Shown here in pieces: positions 11,537 through 25,571 of a stretch of 64,000 nt of DNA (its first letter is position 1; the number at the start of each line of letters is the position of its first letter). This DNA is from Callorhinchus milii. Lineage: Eukaryota. The stretch lies in the NCBI RefSeq assembly GCF_018977255.1, contig NW_024704742.1, positions 62,560,001-62,624,000 of the forward strand. Reading direction: 5' to 3'. The position numbers and the translations under genes were made by a program. The notes beneath the pieces were generated by a model. It saw only the letters and a list, made by a program, of their open reading frames with translations. It made no database searches and was not told where the DNA came from.

Positions 11537-14227
11537 TGATACAGAGTATTATGCACACTAAAAAGAAATTAGTATCTGAGGAACAAGAAAATCGAGTAAC
11601 AGTTTAGCTGCTATTGAATAAGTCACCGTTTGGTGTCTTCAGGTAAATTGACATGTGAACATCATTAAGCACCACACAGAAAGTGTCTCAATGGTAGCAG
11701 GACAAATATATTACAGAAAACAGCTTTTAGAAGGCAGCCACAGTCCAAATGATCATGTTAATGACTGTAAGGAGCAATTATGATGAAAAAATGATTGCAG
11801 ATGTGTTTCAAATCTAGCCCCTGGATGTCTGATAAGAAAATGCAGGGCAAATTTATGCTGTAAAGTCCACTAGGAAATGGATTAAAGATGCCCAGAGTAG
11901 TTTCACCCTTAACAGCGCTTCAGAAGAAGATTTCCTTCCGTCTTCAGGCTGATTTCAATCATGGGTGGATCGCATTTTACTGCCACATTAATACCAGGTT
12001 TACACTAGCTACACACTCTACGAGTGTTGTTATCGGGCTGTGGACATGTACATTTGAAGAACACAGGAAAAGGAGGCCCCTTGAGCCGGTTTAAGCCCCA
12101 CGTCAGCACATTGATGTAGTTTAGGCTTACATTCCACGGCAGTGTCTGGGATTTGTTGCATTGTTGAAAGTGCTGTCCTTTGGCTAGGACTGAGGTCTTG
12201 TCTGCGGTTCAGGTGGGTGATAAAGCACAGCAGACGGGTACTATTTGGAGAAATAGAAGGGCATTTCTCCCAGTGTCCAGGCCAATGAAATAAAATTGAT
12301 CATTCACTTCATGGCTGTTTGTGGACTATTGCTATGTGCAAATTAGCAGCTGCATTCGCCTTCAAATTACATAGTCGCTATACATTACAGTAAAAATCCT
12401 GTGAAACATGTTCAGACATTTGAACACCATGACAAAGTACTATGTCAGAATCAAGGAATATTAATATTATTATCATTGTTGTGAAAATATGGAATGCACT
12501 GGGTCAGAATGCAATAGAGGCAGAATTAATCGAAGGCGTTTAGAAGGAAGACAGAAACAATGTGGAAAATTGTGGAAAAAAATAGTATGAAGAGGTTCTG
12601 GGGAAGGGATTAAACATTTTCTTATGATCTAATCAATTGCCAGAAAAGGCTGAATTGACTGACTGAATGGCCTCCTCCGTGTCCTATATGCTTATGAATG
12701 CCGCTAATGCAAATGGAGCCCAATTTCCAACAATGAGTTAAAGACCATCATTCTGACCTTTACAAGTCTTATAGTGAAAGGAAGCACCACCTTTTTTTGC
12801 TCTGGTGAATGGAGAACACACCAGAACCCAAGTAATCATTATGTATAAAGCAGCTTGCATTAATCAGGAGCACAGGGTAGGTTCCTTTTAAGCATTTTCT
12901 CTTTATTTTTTCTTTGAGCTTCTTCTCAAAGTCTTTTGCTCAAAGGAAACTTAAATCATGCCTGCCAAGTGGGAAGTAGAGCTGTAAGAGTGGCAATTAG
13001 AACTATTGAAACGGCCCTAATAATTTATTGACATCCAGGGTTTAATTTGGCTCTGTTAGCCAAAACTGTTGCACTTCATCAAGTACAGACAGGCTTTGAC
13101 CAAATAATAAGTCACTGCCACCCAGGAAAACGTACAGTGGAGTGAAGCAAGTAATTGCTGTGTCACTATGCTGTGCAGTAGTTATTTCGCACAGGCAGAC
13201 AGATTTGGGTAATATGTTTACGTACACGTTTATCTTATTGAATCAATTTAAAGATTAAGCTTTTATAAAAAAAAGGACAGCAAATCACATTTAGAAATGA
13301 TCAATGTCTGGAACATCAAAAACGAAACTGCAGCTAAAGTTGTGATGTTTTAAAGTATCTGTGTTATAATCTCCTAGTAAATGGTCATTAATATTCTGTA
13401 TTCTGTATACATTAATATACAATTTGGCTATCTCTCAGCTGTGCAAGTTCACCACTACTGCCCAGGGTTTGTGGATTTGGTGTCTGATAGGATTTGGTGT
13501 CTTATCAGCTCAAATGGCGGTGCTCATGGCTCTCAGCCAAAAGTCTGTAGGGTCTTTGGTTGAGACGTTAAACTAAGGTTCATTCCGGCTCTCTCAGATG
13601 TTAAAGTCCCACAATGTTATTCGGAAAGAAATGGGAGTCCTGGCCAAGAAGTCTCCAAATAAAATGGTTCATTCATCTTAGTGTGCGTAAATTGGCTGCC
13701 GACAAAAAAAGCCACTCCAGTCCACAATAATAACTGAAATGTACTTTGAGACACAATAAAGTGCTATGAAAAACAAGTTCTTTCTTTCAAGTGACAGGTG
13801 AGGTTGTGAACCTATTCTTCTTGTCACCTATATCAGAAACTATGTTATGTTGAGCCTGAGAACATACCTGCTGTAGCTTATTTTTTAATTCTCCCCCCAA
13901 ATTACTTTATTATACTAATAATAATTCTTCCATTTGATATAACACTTCATCACATCTTTGAGACATCTCAAAGTGCTTCACAAAATTTTACTGTAAAATG
14001 TAATGACTTTGCATTTTGTAGGTTTGAGATGCTCTGACACTACCCAGTGTGGAGGGCACTATACAAGTGCAAGTTGTTGTTGTTCTTGTAGGTGAACGTG
14101 ACAGCCAAATTGTGCACAACATTGTTCCACAAACAGCCACAAAGTAAATGATCAATTTTATCTTAAGGACAAAAGAATATGGGGGTGGAATTTATGGATA
14201 TGATAATTATTCATGTGTGGTGATACT

Positions 14228-14565
14228 AATAATCTTTGCATTTAATATAGCTCCCTTTCATATCTTTGAGATGCCTCAAAGATCTTCACAGAATATACTG
14301 TAAAGTGAATTGATTGTATATTTTGTGGCGAAACATGGCAAACAATTACGCACAGCAGTATCCCACAAACAGTCATGGATTTTAAGAGACCAATATATTA
14401 TTATTATTATTATTATTGCAACAATTATAACCCCTGGAAAAGCGATCTGACAATCGATTAACAACCGGGTTCCTACTTAGTGCTAGTTAAACAGAGGTGT
14501 GTGGAGTAAGGAAACTTGGCCAACATTTTGCCCTGCCGGAGAATCACACCAAGGTCTCTCGCTTG
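14228..14565 (-). mobile_element. SINE family A, long subfamily
   Basis: Core, internal module and B-box region on the minus strand. Confidence 0.82.
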
Positions 14566-15032
14566 ATTTTTCCCCATCAGCTTTTGGCTTAGACTAGTCA
14601 GTGTCTTCTTGTTTTTGGCTGACATAAGGAAATTTTAAATTGTAGCCTCAGAAATAATAATAATCATCCTTGCATTTTATATAGCGCCTTATCACATCTT
14701 AAAGACATCTCAAAGCACTTCCCTCCAAGTTCTGGAGGTTCTGATGTCTCAAAATGGTTTGAAACATAACCATTTGTCAATAAATATTTTCTAACCATGA
14801 GTTGCTGAAGAAATGATGTGTGATATAATAATAATATTTTTGTTGGAACTATTTCCCAAAACATTTCATAGAATTTACTGTGGAATGTAATGCCTGTGTA
14901 TTTTGCAGTAATAAGATTTTTCTGCTCAGTTGGATGGATTATCATACATAAATGAAATAATCCATTCATTTGGTACTTTCATTTCTTCATGGTGGTTTTT
15001 GTGTCAGGAGGACATCTCACAGCGCTTCACAG

Positions 15033-15212
15033 GATAATAATAATAATAATCCTTGCATTTGATATAGCGCTTTTCACGTCGGGAGGACGTCCCAAAGCGC
15101 TTCACAGAACACACTGTAAAGTGAATTGACTGTATATTTGTGGGCGAACGCGGCAGCCAATTGCGCACAGCAATGTCCCATAAACAGCCATGAAGTGAAT
15201 GACCAATATTCA
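15033..15212 (-). mobile_element. Young SINE 3' half
   Basis: Tail near-identical to the 60605-60780 copy. Confidence 0.85.
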
Positions 15213-15301
15213 TTTGATGGATTTATTTGACAGTTTAATTCAGTAGATTTTTTTTCTCAGATATTACAAGACTGAAATTTACATCTGAAAAAGTTAATAC
15301 T

Positions 15302-15570
15302 CAACAACAACAACACTTGCATTTATATAGCACCTGCCACTAGGGAGCGGGCAGGTTGGTAGGGATTTAGGAGTTTGCAGAGGTAGCGGAGCAAGGTCAT
15401 CAAGGGCTTTGAAGGTGAGGACCAGGATCGTGAACTGTATCCTCTGTGTGATGGGAAGCCAGTGGAGTCAGTCGAGGATGGGATTGATAGGATCAAGGAG
15501 CCTGGTGAGGACATGGGCTGCAGTGATCTGGGCGATCTGTAGCCTATGGAGGGAGGAGTTGAGAATACAG
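15302..15570 (-). mobile_element. L2 fragment with internal deletion
   Basis: LHWLPITQRIQFTILVLTFKA segment joined directly to the (caa)n tail. Confidence 0.75.
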
Positions 15571-16903
15571 TATTGGGGGAGTGCTACATTGCCAGAAGTG
15601 AGGTCCTTTGGATGAGACATTAAATCAAGGTCTTGTCTGCCTTTTCAGGTGGATATTTGATTCTATTCAAAAAGGGAAAGAAGTTCCTCCCCCAATATTT
15701 GGGGCTTGGGTCCAACCTCTGGGTCATTTGATGGGAGTGGGTGACAACTAACTAAACCAACTTCCTTTTGTATATCATCACTAGAAATTGGTACATTGCT
15801 TTGGGTCGAACCAGAAGAGGACAGGAATGTTGGTTTGGGGTTGTGGGGGATGGTTTCAAGACAGACAACGGAAGGTCTTTCTTTACTCAGAGAGTAATTA
15901 CCAAACTGGAACAGGCTGCCAAGAAGGGTAGTTGAGACGGTGGACACATTTTGAAAATCAGTCTGATGCTGTGATGGGATGATACAATAAGTAGGAACCC
16001 AATGTTAGTCGATTGGCAGATCACTTTTCTGGGGATAATAATCCTTTTTTTAAAAACAAAGTCATCACTCAATCCATGACTGTTTGTGGGACATTGCTGT
16101 ACAAATCGACCTATGCATTTCACCCCCAAATATAGTCAGTTCACTTTACAGTATATTCTGTGCAGCACTTTGAGACTTCTCATAGATGTGATAAGGGGCT
16201 ATATCAAATGCAAGGATTATTCTGGGAGCAGCAATACTGTTTATTTTTACCATTGTTTTCTGGTGGTATCTTACTGGGAACAGTGACATGCACCTACCTG
16301 TTTTAAGTCAGCAAAACTCCTAGCAAGCTATAAATATCCAGTTGTGTAAAACACAGTCTAATCAGAAACTCAGCGTGAACAGAAAGGAAAGGGGGTAGGG
16401 GTGCTTTTATAAGCCAATTTTCAAACTGCCTCATTAATAAACTCAGTATTGATGTGTCAAGCCAAGATGTTTAACGAAAAAATTAACTGGTTGTTGGAAA
16501 CAAACGTTCTTGTCCATTATTCCCCCGAAGCACAATGCAGGAAACATACAACAGAGCCCTCATTACCGACACAGGAACTGCTGACGATTTTTCACTACAA
16601 TCTGTGTAAACCCACTACAGTCCTACCCTTCAGAGGATCTTTGCTGTCATTTAAATCCACACAACGTCTGAATTTCTCAGAGTAAAGATGAAAGGAGTGA
16701 AGCACAGTGGGGGCCTGCAAATGCTTTACGTTTAGAAATCTGTACAGATCCGATAGTATGTAACGATTTTGTAATTTACTTTATTGGCTGCCACAGGCTG
16801 CGCTGTAGCACTGTTGGGTTATAATTTGGGCATCAATGTGACAAGTGTTTCAAATTTAGAAATTCATAATGTATGGAGTGGGAATTTCCTGGATGTGGTG
16901 AAG

Positions 16904-17280
16904 ACCCCCCCCCCCTTCACCACACACATACCACCCCACCCCCACCACACACATACCACCCCACCCCCACCACACCCCCCCCACACACACATACACCCTA
17001 CACCACATACTCCCCTCCACACCACACCCCCCGACATACACATACCCGCTACACAACACACCCACACATAACCCCCACACCACACACCCACATACACCCC
17101 CCCCCACACCACATACACACGCACACATTCACCCTACACCCACATAACCCACTCCACACCACACACCGCACCCACATACACCCCCCCCCACACCACCACA
17201 ACCACCCCCCACACACACATACCCCACCCTCACATACCACAAACATACCTTCCCCAACCCACACACACATACACGCAAAC
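16904..17280. repeat. CA/CAC-rich low-complexity microsatellite tract
   Basis: About 375 bp made almost entirely of C and A; it is the source of the spurious H/T/P-rich and G/V/C-rich ORFs. Confidence 0.95.
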
Positions 17281-17799
17281 GTGTCATTTAAATGACAAAC
17301 ACCTGCCCTACATTCAACATCAGGATAACAAGATCACAGTTTTGCATTGAGTAAAAATCTGAGAGGTCACCCATTCCAGTTTTCAACCTAGCTCAGTTGG
17401 TAGCTCTCCCACCTATGAATCAGGAGATTGTGGGTTTTAGGCCCATGTTGGGAATTTGATCTCAGACAGTAGTCCAGGCTGCTGGGGAAGCTGTTGAACA
17501 GAGTGAGAGTGCATCCCCTGGAGGAAGGAGAGGATATTCTGTATCTGCTGCTTGATACTGTCATTGGTTCTGGGAAAATCATGTTGCATTTCTAAATCAG
17601 CTCACTTATGTCACTGAAGAGCAGCTAGTTTGGAAACCTAGTTAAGAGGGAATGTTCACAACAACGTGCATTTATATAGCGCCCCTGAAGAAGGGGAGCA
17701 TCCCAAAGCGCTTGACAGTGCGGAGCACGATATTGAGCCAGGGAGAGGTGACACAAAGCCTAGTCAAAGAGGAAGGTCTTCAGGCACAACCTGAAGATA

Positions 17800-18150
17800 A
17801 CAATAATAATCCTTGCATTTGATATAGCGCCTTATCACGTCTTTGAGACATCTCAAAGCACTTCACAGAATATATTGTAAAGTAAATTGTATATTTTGTG
17901 GGTAAAACGCATCAACCAATTGCGCAGAGCAATGTCCCACAAACAGTCATGCATTAAGTGACAAAGTTACTATTTTATTTGAAGGAATTATTACCAGCCA
18001 GAAAAGCAATCTGCCAATCAACTAGGTTCCTACTTACTGCTAGGTAAACAGAGGCATGTGGAGTAAGGAAGCATTTTGTACTGCTGGTAATTGAACCCAG
18101 GTCTCTCGCTTGTGTGGCAAGTTCTCTAACCACTTAGCTACATGACTCCG
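17800..18150 (-). mobile_element. SINE family A, long subfamily
   Basis: Head, internal module, core and tail are all recognisable. Confidence 0.82.
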
Positions 18151-18480
18151 AGTTGGGGAAGGAGGGGGCAAGGAGGAGGGATTAAGGGAAAGTGTTCCAA
18201 AGTTTTGGGGCATAATGGCTAAAAGCATGGCCACCGATGGTGGACTGGTGGACAAAAAGGAGTTCAGACCCAATCGAGCAGCGGCAACCGGTTCTGGGTT
18301 GGGGAATAAGTTGGTCAAAAATGTATGGAGGTGCCAGGGTATAAAGGGATTTGAAGACGAGTGTGAGAATCGTGAAATCGATTGGTGATAGGGGGCCAGT
18401 GGAGCCTGGCAAGAACAATTGATGGGGGTATGGAATATGCGGGTGGTGGAGTTTGGGATTAATTGAATTCTGTGGATTGT
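18150..18480 (-). mobile_element. Old L2 3' fragment
   Basis: IDFTILTLVFKSLYTLAPPY and GGHAFSHYAPKLWNTFP motifs. Confidence 0.8.
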
Positions 18481-20104
18481 GGGTTCCCTAAATTTTTCCC
18501 TTCACACCAATGAAGGGAAAATTCAGGGAACATCTTAGCAATGGATTCAAGTTCCTAAAGGCTATAGCTAAACTGATCTGTTAACAATGTGTTTAACATG
18601 ACCAAAACATTTAGAACAAGAAGGTGATGACTGGAGAAGAAACAAAGTGAACAAACATTTCAGATTTAATTAATTTACATGGAGTGTAGTGAATACAGGG
18701 CAATGCCTTCCCTGCTCTGCAGCCACCCCCCACTCCATTGAAATCAAACATTCAGTGAGAGCTACAATTCAGAGTATTCATTATCTTTACTTGTAAAGAG
18801 GGAATAAAGCAAGCTGTGGTCCAAAATATATTACAGTATCTGCCTTAAGTACATTATGGAACAATTTGTCGGTAGTGGCTGAGACAGTGGATTCAATTGA
18901 GGCATTTTGAAGGGAGTTAGATAAGCAAATGTGTTGGAAGGGTGTTAAGAGGGCTTTGGGAAAGAAAAGTCTTAACCACCCTTAACATAGAAACCTGCTC
19001 TATGAAAGAACTGGAGGAAAATCAGATTCTGAATGAAGCTTAGAATTTAAGGATTCTCTGAACTTCTGCATAAACTTTAAATTTGAAGACAATGGTCTAT
19101 AGGTTAAGACCATAATGAATTTGAAGCTTCTGGAGCTTTATTGGCAACTGTTTTATAAATTAAATTTTTAATCCGACAGAACGCTTCCTTTGATCCAATT
19201 TGATCACCCACTGTCTTCCCATCCATTCCACTGCCTTTACTTCACGTCAGAGTTTGTGATTTTGCTGTTAAATCTGCTTTTTGTTGAGCTATAGAGTCAA
19301 GCCTCTGTGCATTTGTTTGTTCAGCACAAAAATCAACAGCCCTTGTGCAAAGGAAATAAAGGCTTTGCTGAATAAAGAACAGTCAGCAGTACAATCCTCG
19401 CTAGGGGAATGGCTATAAATTGACAGCGTGTGTGTGTACCCAGGTGGTTTGTGCTGTGAAGGGTCAAGTCTCATCCACCAGTGCACAGTGCTTCGCACAT
19501 CACCTGCAGCGAAAGTTGCTTTATGTATTCTCTATAGTGTCCACTTGATATGAAAGCTGCCACAACCTATAAATTGGGAAACAACATGACTCAGAAGCAT
19601 CTCTTATATCTTATTTCCTCATATTTTTAAATATCCACTACTTGGAAATGGTTGACCATCTCCCTCTGCAGAATAGATCACTTGAATAGAATGAATGATT
19701 GCAGATTGTTCAGTCTGTTGAAAGTAATGAGTTTGATGGAACAAATGGTCTTTTCTTTTTTCCCCCCCTACTTATTTTGTTATGTACTAGATGATTCTAA
19801 TCTACTCGGAGAATCTAACAATCTTACTGGGAATTAATTACAATAATAATTAATCCTTGCATTGATAGTAGTACATTTGATATTTAGTGATATCATTGTT
19901 TGGGACATCTTTCCAATGTGAAATGTGTTATATAAATGTAATTTTTTGTTGTTGTTGCTCCATTTCATGTCAGGAAAATGTCTCAAAGCATTTCACAGGA
20001 TTTATTGCAGTGACTGTATTTTCTAGACGAACATGGCAGCTAATTTGTGCATAGCAATGTCTCACAAACAATACAATATAAATTTACATTCATACAGCAA
20101 CTTT

Positions 20105-21225
20105 CATAGAATCATAAGTATACAGCACAGAAGGAGTGTCTGTGCTGCCCCTTTGAAAATAGTTACCCAAATCAATCCCACTCCCCCGCTCTCTCCCCAT
20201 AGCCCTGCAAACTTGTCCTCCCCAAATAATTATCCACTTCTCTCTTAAAAGAAGTTATCGAATTGGCCTCCACCACCCTTTCAGGCAATGCATTTCAGAT
20301 CCGAACAATAGGCTGTGTGAAAAAAATTCTCCTCACCTCCCCTTTGTTTCTTTTAACAACTATTTTAAATTGGTGCTCTCGGGTTACCGACCCATCCGCC
20401 AGTGGAAATAATTTCTCCTTGTTCATCCTATCGAATCCCCTCATAATTTTGAAAATTTCTGTTAAGTTTCCTCTTAACTATCTCTGCTCCAAGGAGAATA
20501 ACCCTAGCTTCTCTAGCCTCTCCTGAAAACTGATGTCCCTCAATCCTGGTACCATCCTGGTAAATCTCCTTTGCACCCTCTCCAATCAGCACCTTGGGAC
20601 GTCCTCCCGACATGAAAGGTGCTATACAAATGTAATCTTGTTGTTGTTGCCTTGACATCCTTCCTAAAGTGTGGTGCCCAGAACTGAACACAAAACCCTG
20701 ACTTTTGTATTCTATGCCCCTATTTATAAAGCCTAGTATCCTGTATGCTTTTTTTAACAGTTTTATCTACCTGTCCTGCCACCTTCAAAATGTACTTATT
20801 GAACCTCTAGGGCTCTCTGTTCCTTCAACCCATTTAAGATTCTACCATCAGCTTATATTGCTTTTCCTATCTTAGTATCATCAGCAAACTCGGAAATTGT
20901 ACTCCCTATACCCAAGTCCAGGTCATTTATATAGATCAAAACAGTGGTCAGAATACTGACCCTTGGGGGACACCACTGAACACTTCCCTCCAGTCAGAAA
21001 AAAAACATTCACCACCACTCTCTGCTTTCTGACTCCCAGCCAGTTCTATATCCATGCTGCCACTATCCCTTTAATACCGTGGATTTCTATTTTGCTTACA
21101 AGTGTCTTTTGTGGCAGTTTATCAAATGCCTTTTGAAAATCCATATAAACTTTATCAACTGCATTACCTTCATCCACCCACTCTGTTACATCATCAAAAA
21201 CCTCTATCAGCTTTGTTAGACATGA
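20105..21225 (-). mobile_element. CR1 LINE 3' fragment with internal deletions, interrupted by an L2 tail at 20587-20649
   Basis: The reverse complement matches the 28.8-32.4 kb CR1: DFQKAFDK, GVPQGS and QFWAPH regions, plus the tatgattctatg-type tail at 20105. Confidence 0.88.
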
Positions 21226-23232
21226 TGTTAGGAGGATGTCCCAAGGTGCTTAACCAGCTAGAAATTGAATGACAAATATTTATCTGGGGGCTTGTTGGCC
21301 AGGACACCAGGGAAATCCTTTCTCTTATTTGAAATGAGGTGAATTTAAAGCTCAAATAACACAGTATGTTTAAAGAGACTGATTGGCACTGTTAAGAAGA
21401 ACATAAATTGGGATTAACTGTCAACAAATTGTGGATCTGATTCAGAGTGACTGCACGAATGGTTGGTTTGGGAAATGGGAATATCAGGTGACGCCAATCT
21501 GAGGCTGGTGTTGAAGCTTGTTCTGATATCTGACCTGGGAATACTTAATTGCAACATCTTGTGCCCAAAGTACAAAAACACGTTCCTCACTTTGATAAAG
21601 AAATCCTGGGAATGCAATTCTATGTTTGAGAGTAGATTTATTAATTTTTATTATAAATGATCACAGGAAAGAGATTTGCAGAGTAACAATCCTGTATTTG
21701 AAATAAAAGGATTATTACTCAGCAAATTAAAGAGCTAGTTGTGTGGGCATTTTGGCCACAAAATATGCAGTCAATTCACTTTACAGTACATTCTGTGAAG
21801 CGCTTTGTGACATCTCAATGACATAAGGCACTATATAAAATGCAGGGATTATTATTATTATAAATAGCAACTATACCATTGAGAACAGCACTAACTTACA
21901 GTTATATTGTATCCTTCATGTAGGATATCATTTCAGTGACAGAATCAGATGCTGAACAAGGGAGAGGAGAATGGGAGTTGACCCTAGGCTTGGTTTAAGA
22001 GGTTGGATTTTAAGGCAGGAGATAAAGACAAACTGAGGAGAACAAGACAGAGAAGGAGAGACAGCTAGTTTCAACAGTTAGTAATGTAGTAATTTAAGAT
22101 TCAGCCGCTGCTGATGACATGGAGGGGTGTGGAGGATGCTCACAGAGTTAGTCAAGCGGAGGGGGTAAGTGGGGCAGGAGGAGAGCACTGATAGGGAGTT
22201 GCTAGGGCATGAAGGGATTTGTTAGGTGAGGGTGAGAACATTGAAATTGATCTGTTGAGAGCTGGGAGACAATGGTGTTTGGGGTAATGGGAATACGGAA
22301 TTTCGTGTGGGTGAGGAATATTGGATTCACAAAGTTTCTGTGAAGTGTAATAACTGTATGTTTGCAGCCAATTTGTGCCCAGCAATATCCCACAAATGGG
22401 CATGAAGTATAACGACCAATTTTTTTTATAGTACCCCAATTCCTCCGAAGCTATCAATGTGCAAGCTATTTTTCATAAATAAAATGACCCAAACAAAAAG
22501 AGAGGCTCAGAATTGATCAGCATGCCTTGCGAGTCCGAGGTGAGAAATGCAATAGGAATCTGATATTTCAATCCCAAAGCTATTTGTTTAAGTCTGTTCT
22601 ACAGCTCCCTTGATAAAACTGCCGTTTGAAATCGTAGCCTCAAACATTAAACTTCAAGGCGCATCCATCACGGTGCACATCAGCAATTAGATCCAACCCA
22701 CCAAAATGTCAGAGGTGGCCTAAATCATGACTGGAATGCAAAACGTTTCTGAGCAAATCAGCAAATAACTTGCGTCAGTTTATATACAACACTGCTGGAC
22801 AACAACAACAAAAACAAAATGCATTTTTTCCCCAAATTTCCATTTGCCCTTTGATAGGATTGTCTAACGTATTTGTCCAGTAAAGAATACAAATGAATCT
22901 TGAAAAACTGTAGTGAGAAAGGGAAGAAATTCACACCCAAAATTGTGGGTTTCAGATTCAATCTGGGTTTGGCTTTTGCCTCTGGTGGAAGGAAAGTGGC
23001 AGAAAACTGGATTATCTTAGTAATACAATGTCTGCATTTGATATAGTACATTTCATGTCAGGAGGAAATCTTAACATGCTTCAGTGAATATACTGTAAAG
23101 TGTAGTGACTGTACTATTTGTAGGGAGCCAGAATAGGCATGAAATGAATGACCAATTTTATTTGGGGAATTGTTGGCCAGGACGTCAGGAGAAACTCCTT
23201 TCTCTTTTTGAATAATGCCACAGGATCTTTAC

Positions 23233-23567
23233 ATAATAATAATAATCCTTGCATTTGATATAGTGCTTTTCATGTCTACTAGATATCTCAAAGCGCTTCA
23301 CAGAATATACTGTAAAGTGAATGGACTATACTTGTTGGCAAAACGTGGCAACCAATTGCACACAGCAGTATCCAACAAACAGTTGTGGATTGTAGTGACC
23401 AATTTATTATTANTTTTTTTCTTCAGGGATTATTATCAGACATATGGAGTAAGGAAACTTGTCTAAGGTTTTGTCCTGCCGGGAATCGAACCCGGGTTTC
23501 TTGCTTGCGAGGCAATTTCTCTAACCACTGAACAGGTACCACTGAACCACTCTAACCACTAACTCCA
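23233..23567 (-). mobile_element. SINE family A nested in a family-B SINE
   Basis: B-box gggttcgattccc. The host SINE-B sequence runs 23020-23232 and resumes at about 23568. Confidence 0.8.
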
Positions 23568-24057
23568 ACATCCGGCTGAACATGTGTATGGGACCTTGGT
23601 TTAATGTCTCATCTGAAGGTTGACACCTAACAAGATCACAAGGTTAGTCTGGGTGAAGAAGGCTCTTTGGTCCATCCGATCTCATCCCATCAGAACACCT
23701 ACCCTACTGTCCCCCCATCACTGCAGGTTAAGTAAGTCCTGGCCTCTACCATGTATCCTGGCAACCTTTTCAGGATGATCATAACCCTATGCGTAAAGAA
23801 AAACTTCCTGATATTTGTCTTCCTGATAGTTGCCCATTACAACTCTAAATTTATGTCCTCGTGTTCGACTGTCATGACGCCAACAATGCAACACATCCTC
23901 AGCAATATGTTGGAATTCAGCCAAGACTTAGCTGAACACTAACAGGCAGCAACTAACCTCAGAGTTACTGTTTCTGACTCCCTTGAGACATCAGCTGGGA
24001 GTTACGATTGTGAAGTTGTCAGATGAAGACAGAATCAGGCTTAGTTGTGATGCCTTG

Positions 24058-24541
24058 AACAACAACAACAAAATTACATTAGTATATTGTCTTTCACGTT
24101 GGGTTAGGGGGACATCCCAAGGCGCTGGACAGTCAGTGTTCTGGAAACGGGCTGGGGTCGGGATCGGGAGAATGGAGGGCGGGGTGGGGGGGGCGGAAGA
24201 AGGATGCCCAAAGGCACGGTCAAAGAGGAGGGTCTTGAGACAGGTCTTGAAGGAGGCAAGGGAGGGGACGAGGCAGAGGGACTGCGGGATACAGTTCCAA
24301 AGGGTGGGGGCAGAGTGGCTGAAGGCCCACCTGCCAATGGTGGGGTGGTTAAGGTGGGGGACGTGAAGCAGGCCGGAGCCTCTGAGTGGAGGGAGTGGGC
24401 AGGTTGTTAGGGGGTTAGGAGGTTGCAGGGGTAGGAGGAGCAAGACCATGGAGGGCTTTGAAGGTGAGGACCAGGATCTTGAACTGTATCCTCTGTATGA
24501 TGGGAAGCAAGTAGAGTCAGGCAGGGATGGGGGTGATAGGG
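24058..24541 (-). mobile_element. L2 3' fragment
   Basis: GRWAFSHSAPTLWNCIP...FKTCLKTLLFDRAF (ORF 23991-24557), with a (caa)n tail. Confidence 0.9.
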
Positions 24542-25089
24542 ACGTGAAAAGAATCAAATTGTCTACAAGGTACTACAAATACCATGTAGTGATGGTATTT
24601 TTCACCTACAAAAGACCGTCACTACACTTTACAGTAAACCCTGTGAAGTGCTTTGAGAGGTCTTCCGACATGAAAGATAGTATATCAAATTTAAGTATTT
24701 CTGTAAACAATTGCCACTTGAGCGAGATACAAGAGGATGACCTGAGAACTGGAACCAGACCTCAAGGGAAGAATCAAAAGGCATAATCCATAAGAAGAAA
24801 AAAGAAACCAAAGGCCTTCGGGAGAGAAAGAGAAAACTGAGAAAAATCGGCTGCACTATAAGTCGATTTATAGAAGAGGAGTTAATGGTACCAGTTTATG
24901 TGTCTGAGGCTGCCCTCCGAAACTCTGCTTGGACTCCGATCTTGGTTTCAACTTCTGTGAAATTGGATTGCAGCCAAAAGAGATAAATTAACTTCAATAC
25001 ACGTCTGAACAGAATTCTAAGGGTTGCCTCAAAGAGAACCAGGAATTTGTAACTTTGTAGCTAGTTACAAATCCTTTTGCGAATCTTGC

Positions 25090-25570
25090 AAACGAGAGCT
25101 CTTCAGTCTTGAAAGGAAAAATCTCAGAGGGGACATTATAAAGGTATATAAGACTTTAAATAGGATTGATAAAGTAAAACGAGAACAAAGCTTTTGCACC
25201 CACTGAGACAGCAGAACAAAAGGACACAAGTTTAGAGTTGCAAAGAGCAATTTCAGGAGAGACACCAGGAAATATTTATTTACCCAAGGGGTAGTTAACG
25301 ACTAGAACAGGTTACTAGGAAGAGTGTTTCTGGCCAGGATACTGGCTTTTAAACATCACTATTTTTGTGTAATCATCCCAATTGATTCCATCTCTACAAA
25401 TTTCTGGGGCAGAGTATTCCACACCTTCACAAACCTATGTGAAGAAATACTTCCTGACCTCTGTTCTAACCATCTTGGTTCTGATTTTCAGACTATGCCC
25501 CCTTGTATTGGATCTCTCTACTGGAGGCAAGAGTCATCCACAAATTAACTTCTCAATTTCTTTCAGTATT
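25090..25570. mobile_element. Two adjacent old CR1 3' fragments (25090-25330 +, 25380-25570 -)
   Basis: LFSLERKNLRGDIIKVYKTL motif of the CR1 ORF2 C-terminus, followed by a reverse-oriented piece of the RVV..WN.LP type. Confidence 0.7.
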
Positions 25571-25571
25571 T

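Noticed and set aside
16784..17295. Several overlapping His/Thr/Pro-rich and Gly/Val/Cys-rich ORFs
   Set aside because: Translations of a CA-rich low-complexity tract.
23413..23413. Ambiguous n bases (also 55570 and 62527)
   Set aside because: They sit beside homopolymer runs and reflect assembly uncertainty, not biology.
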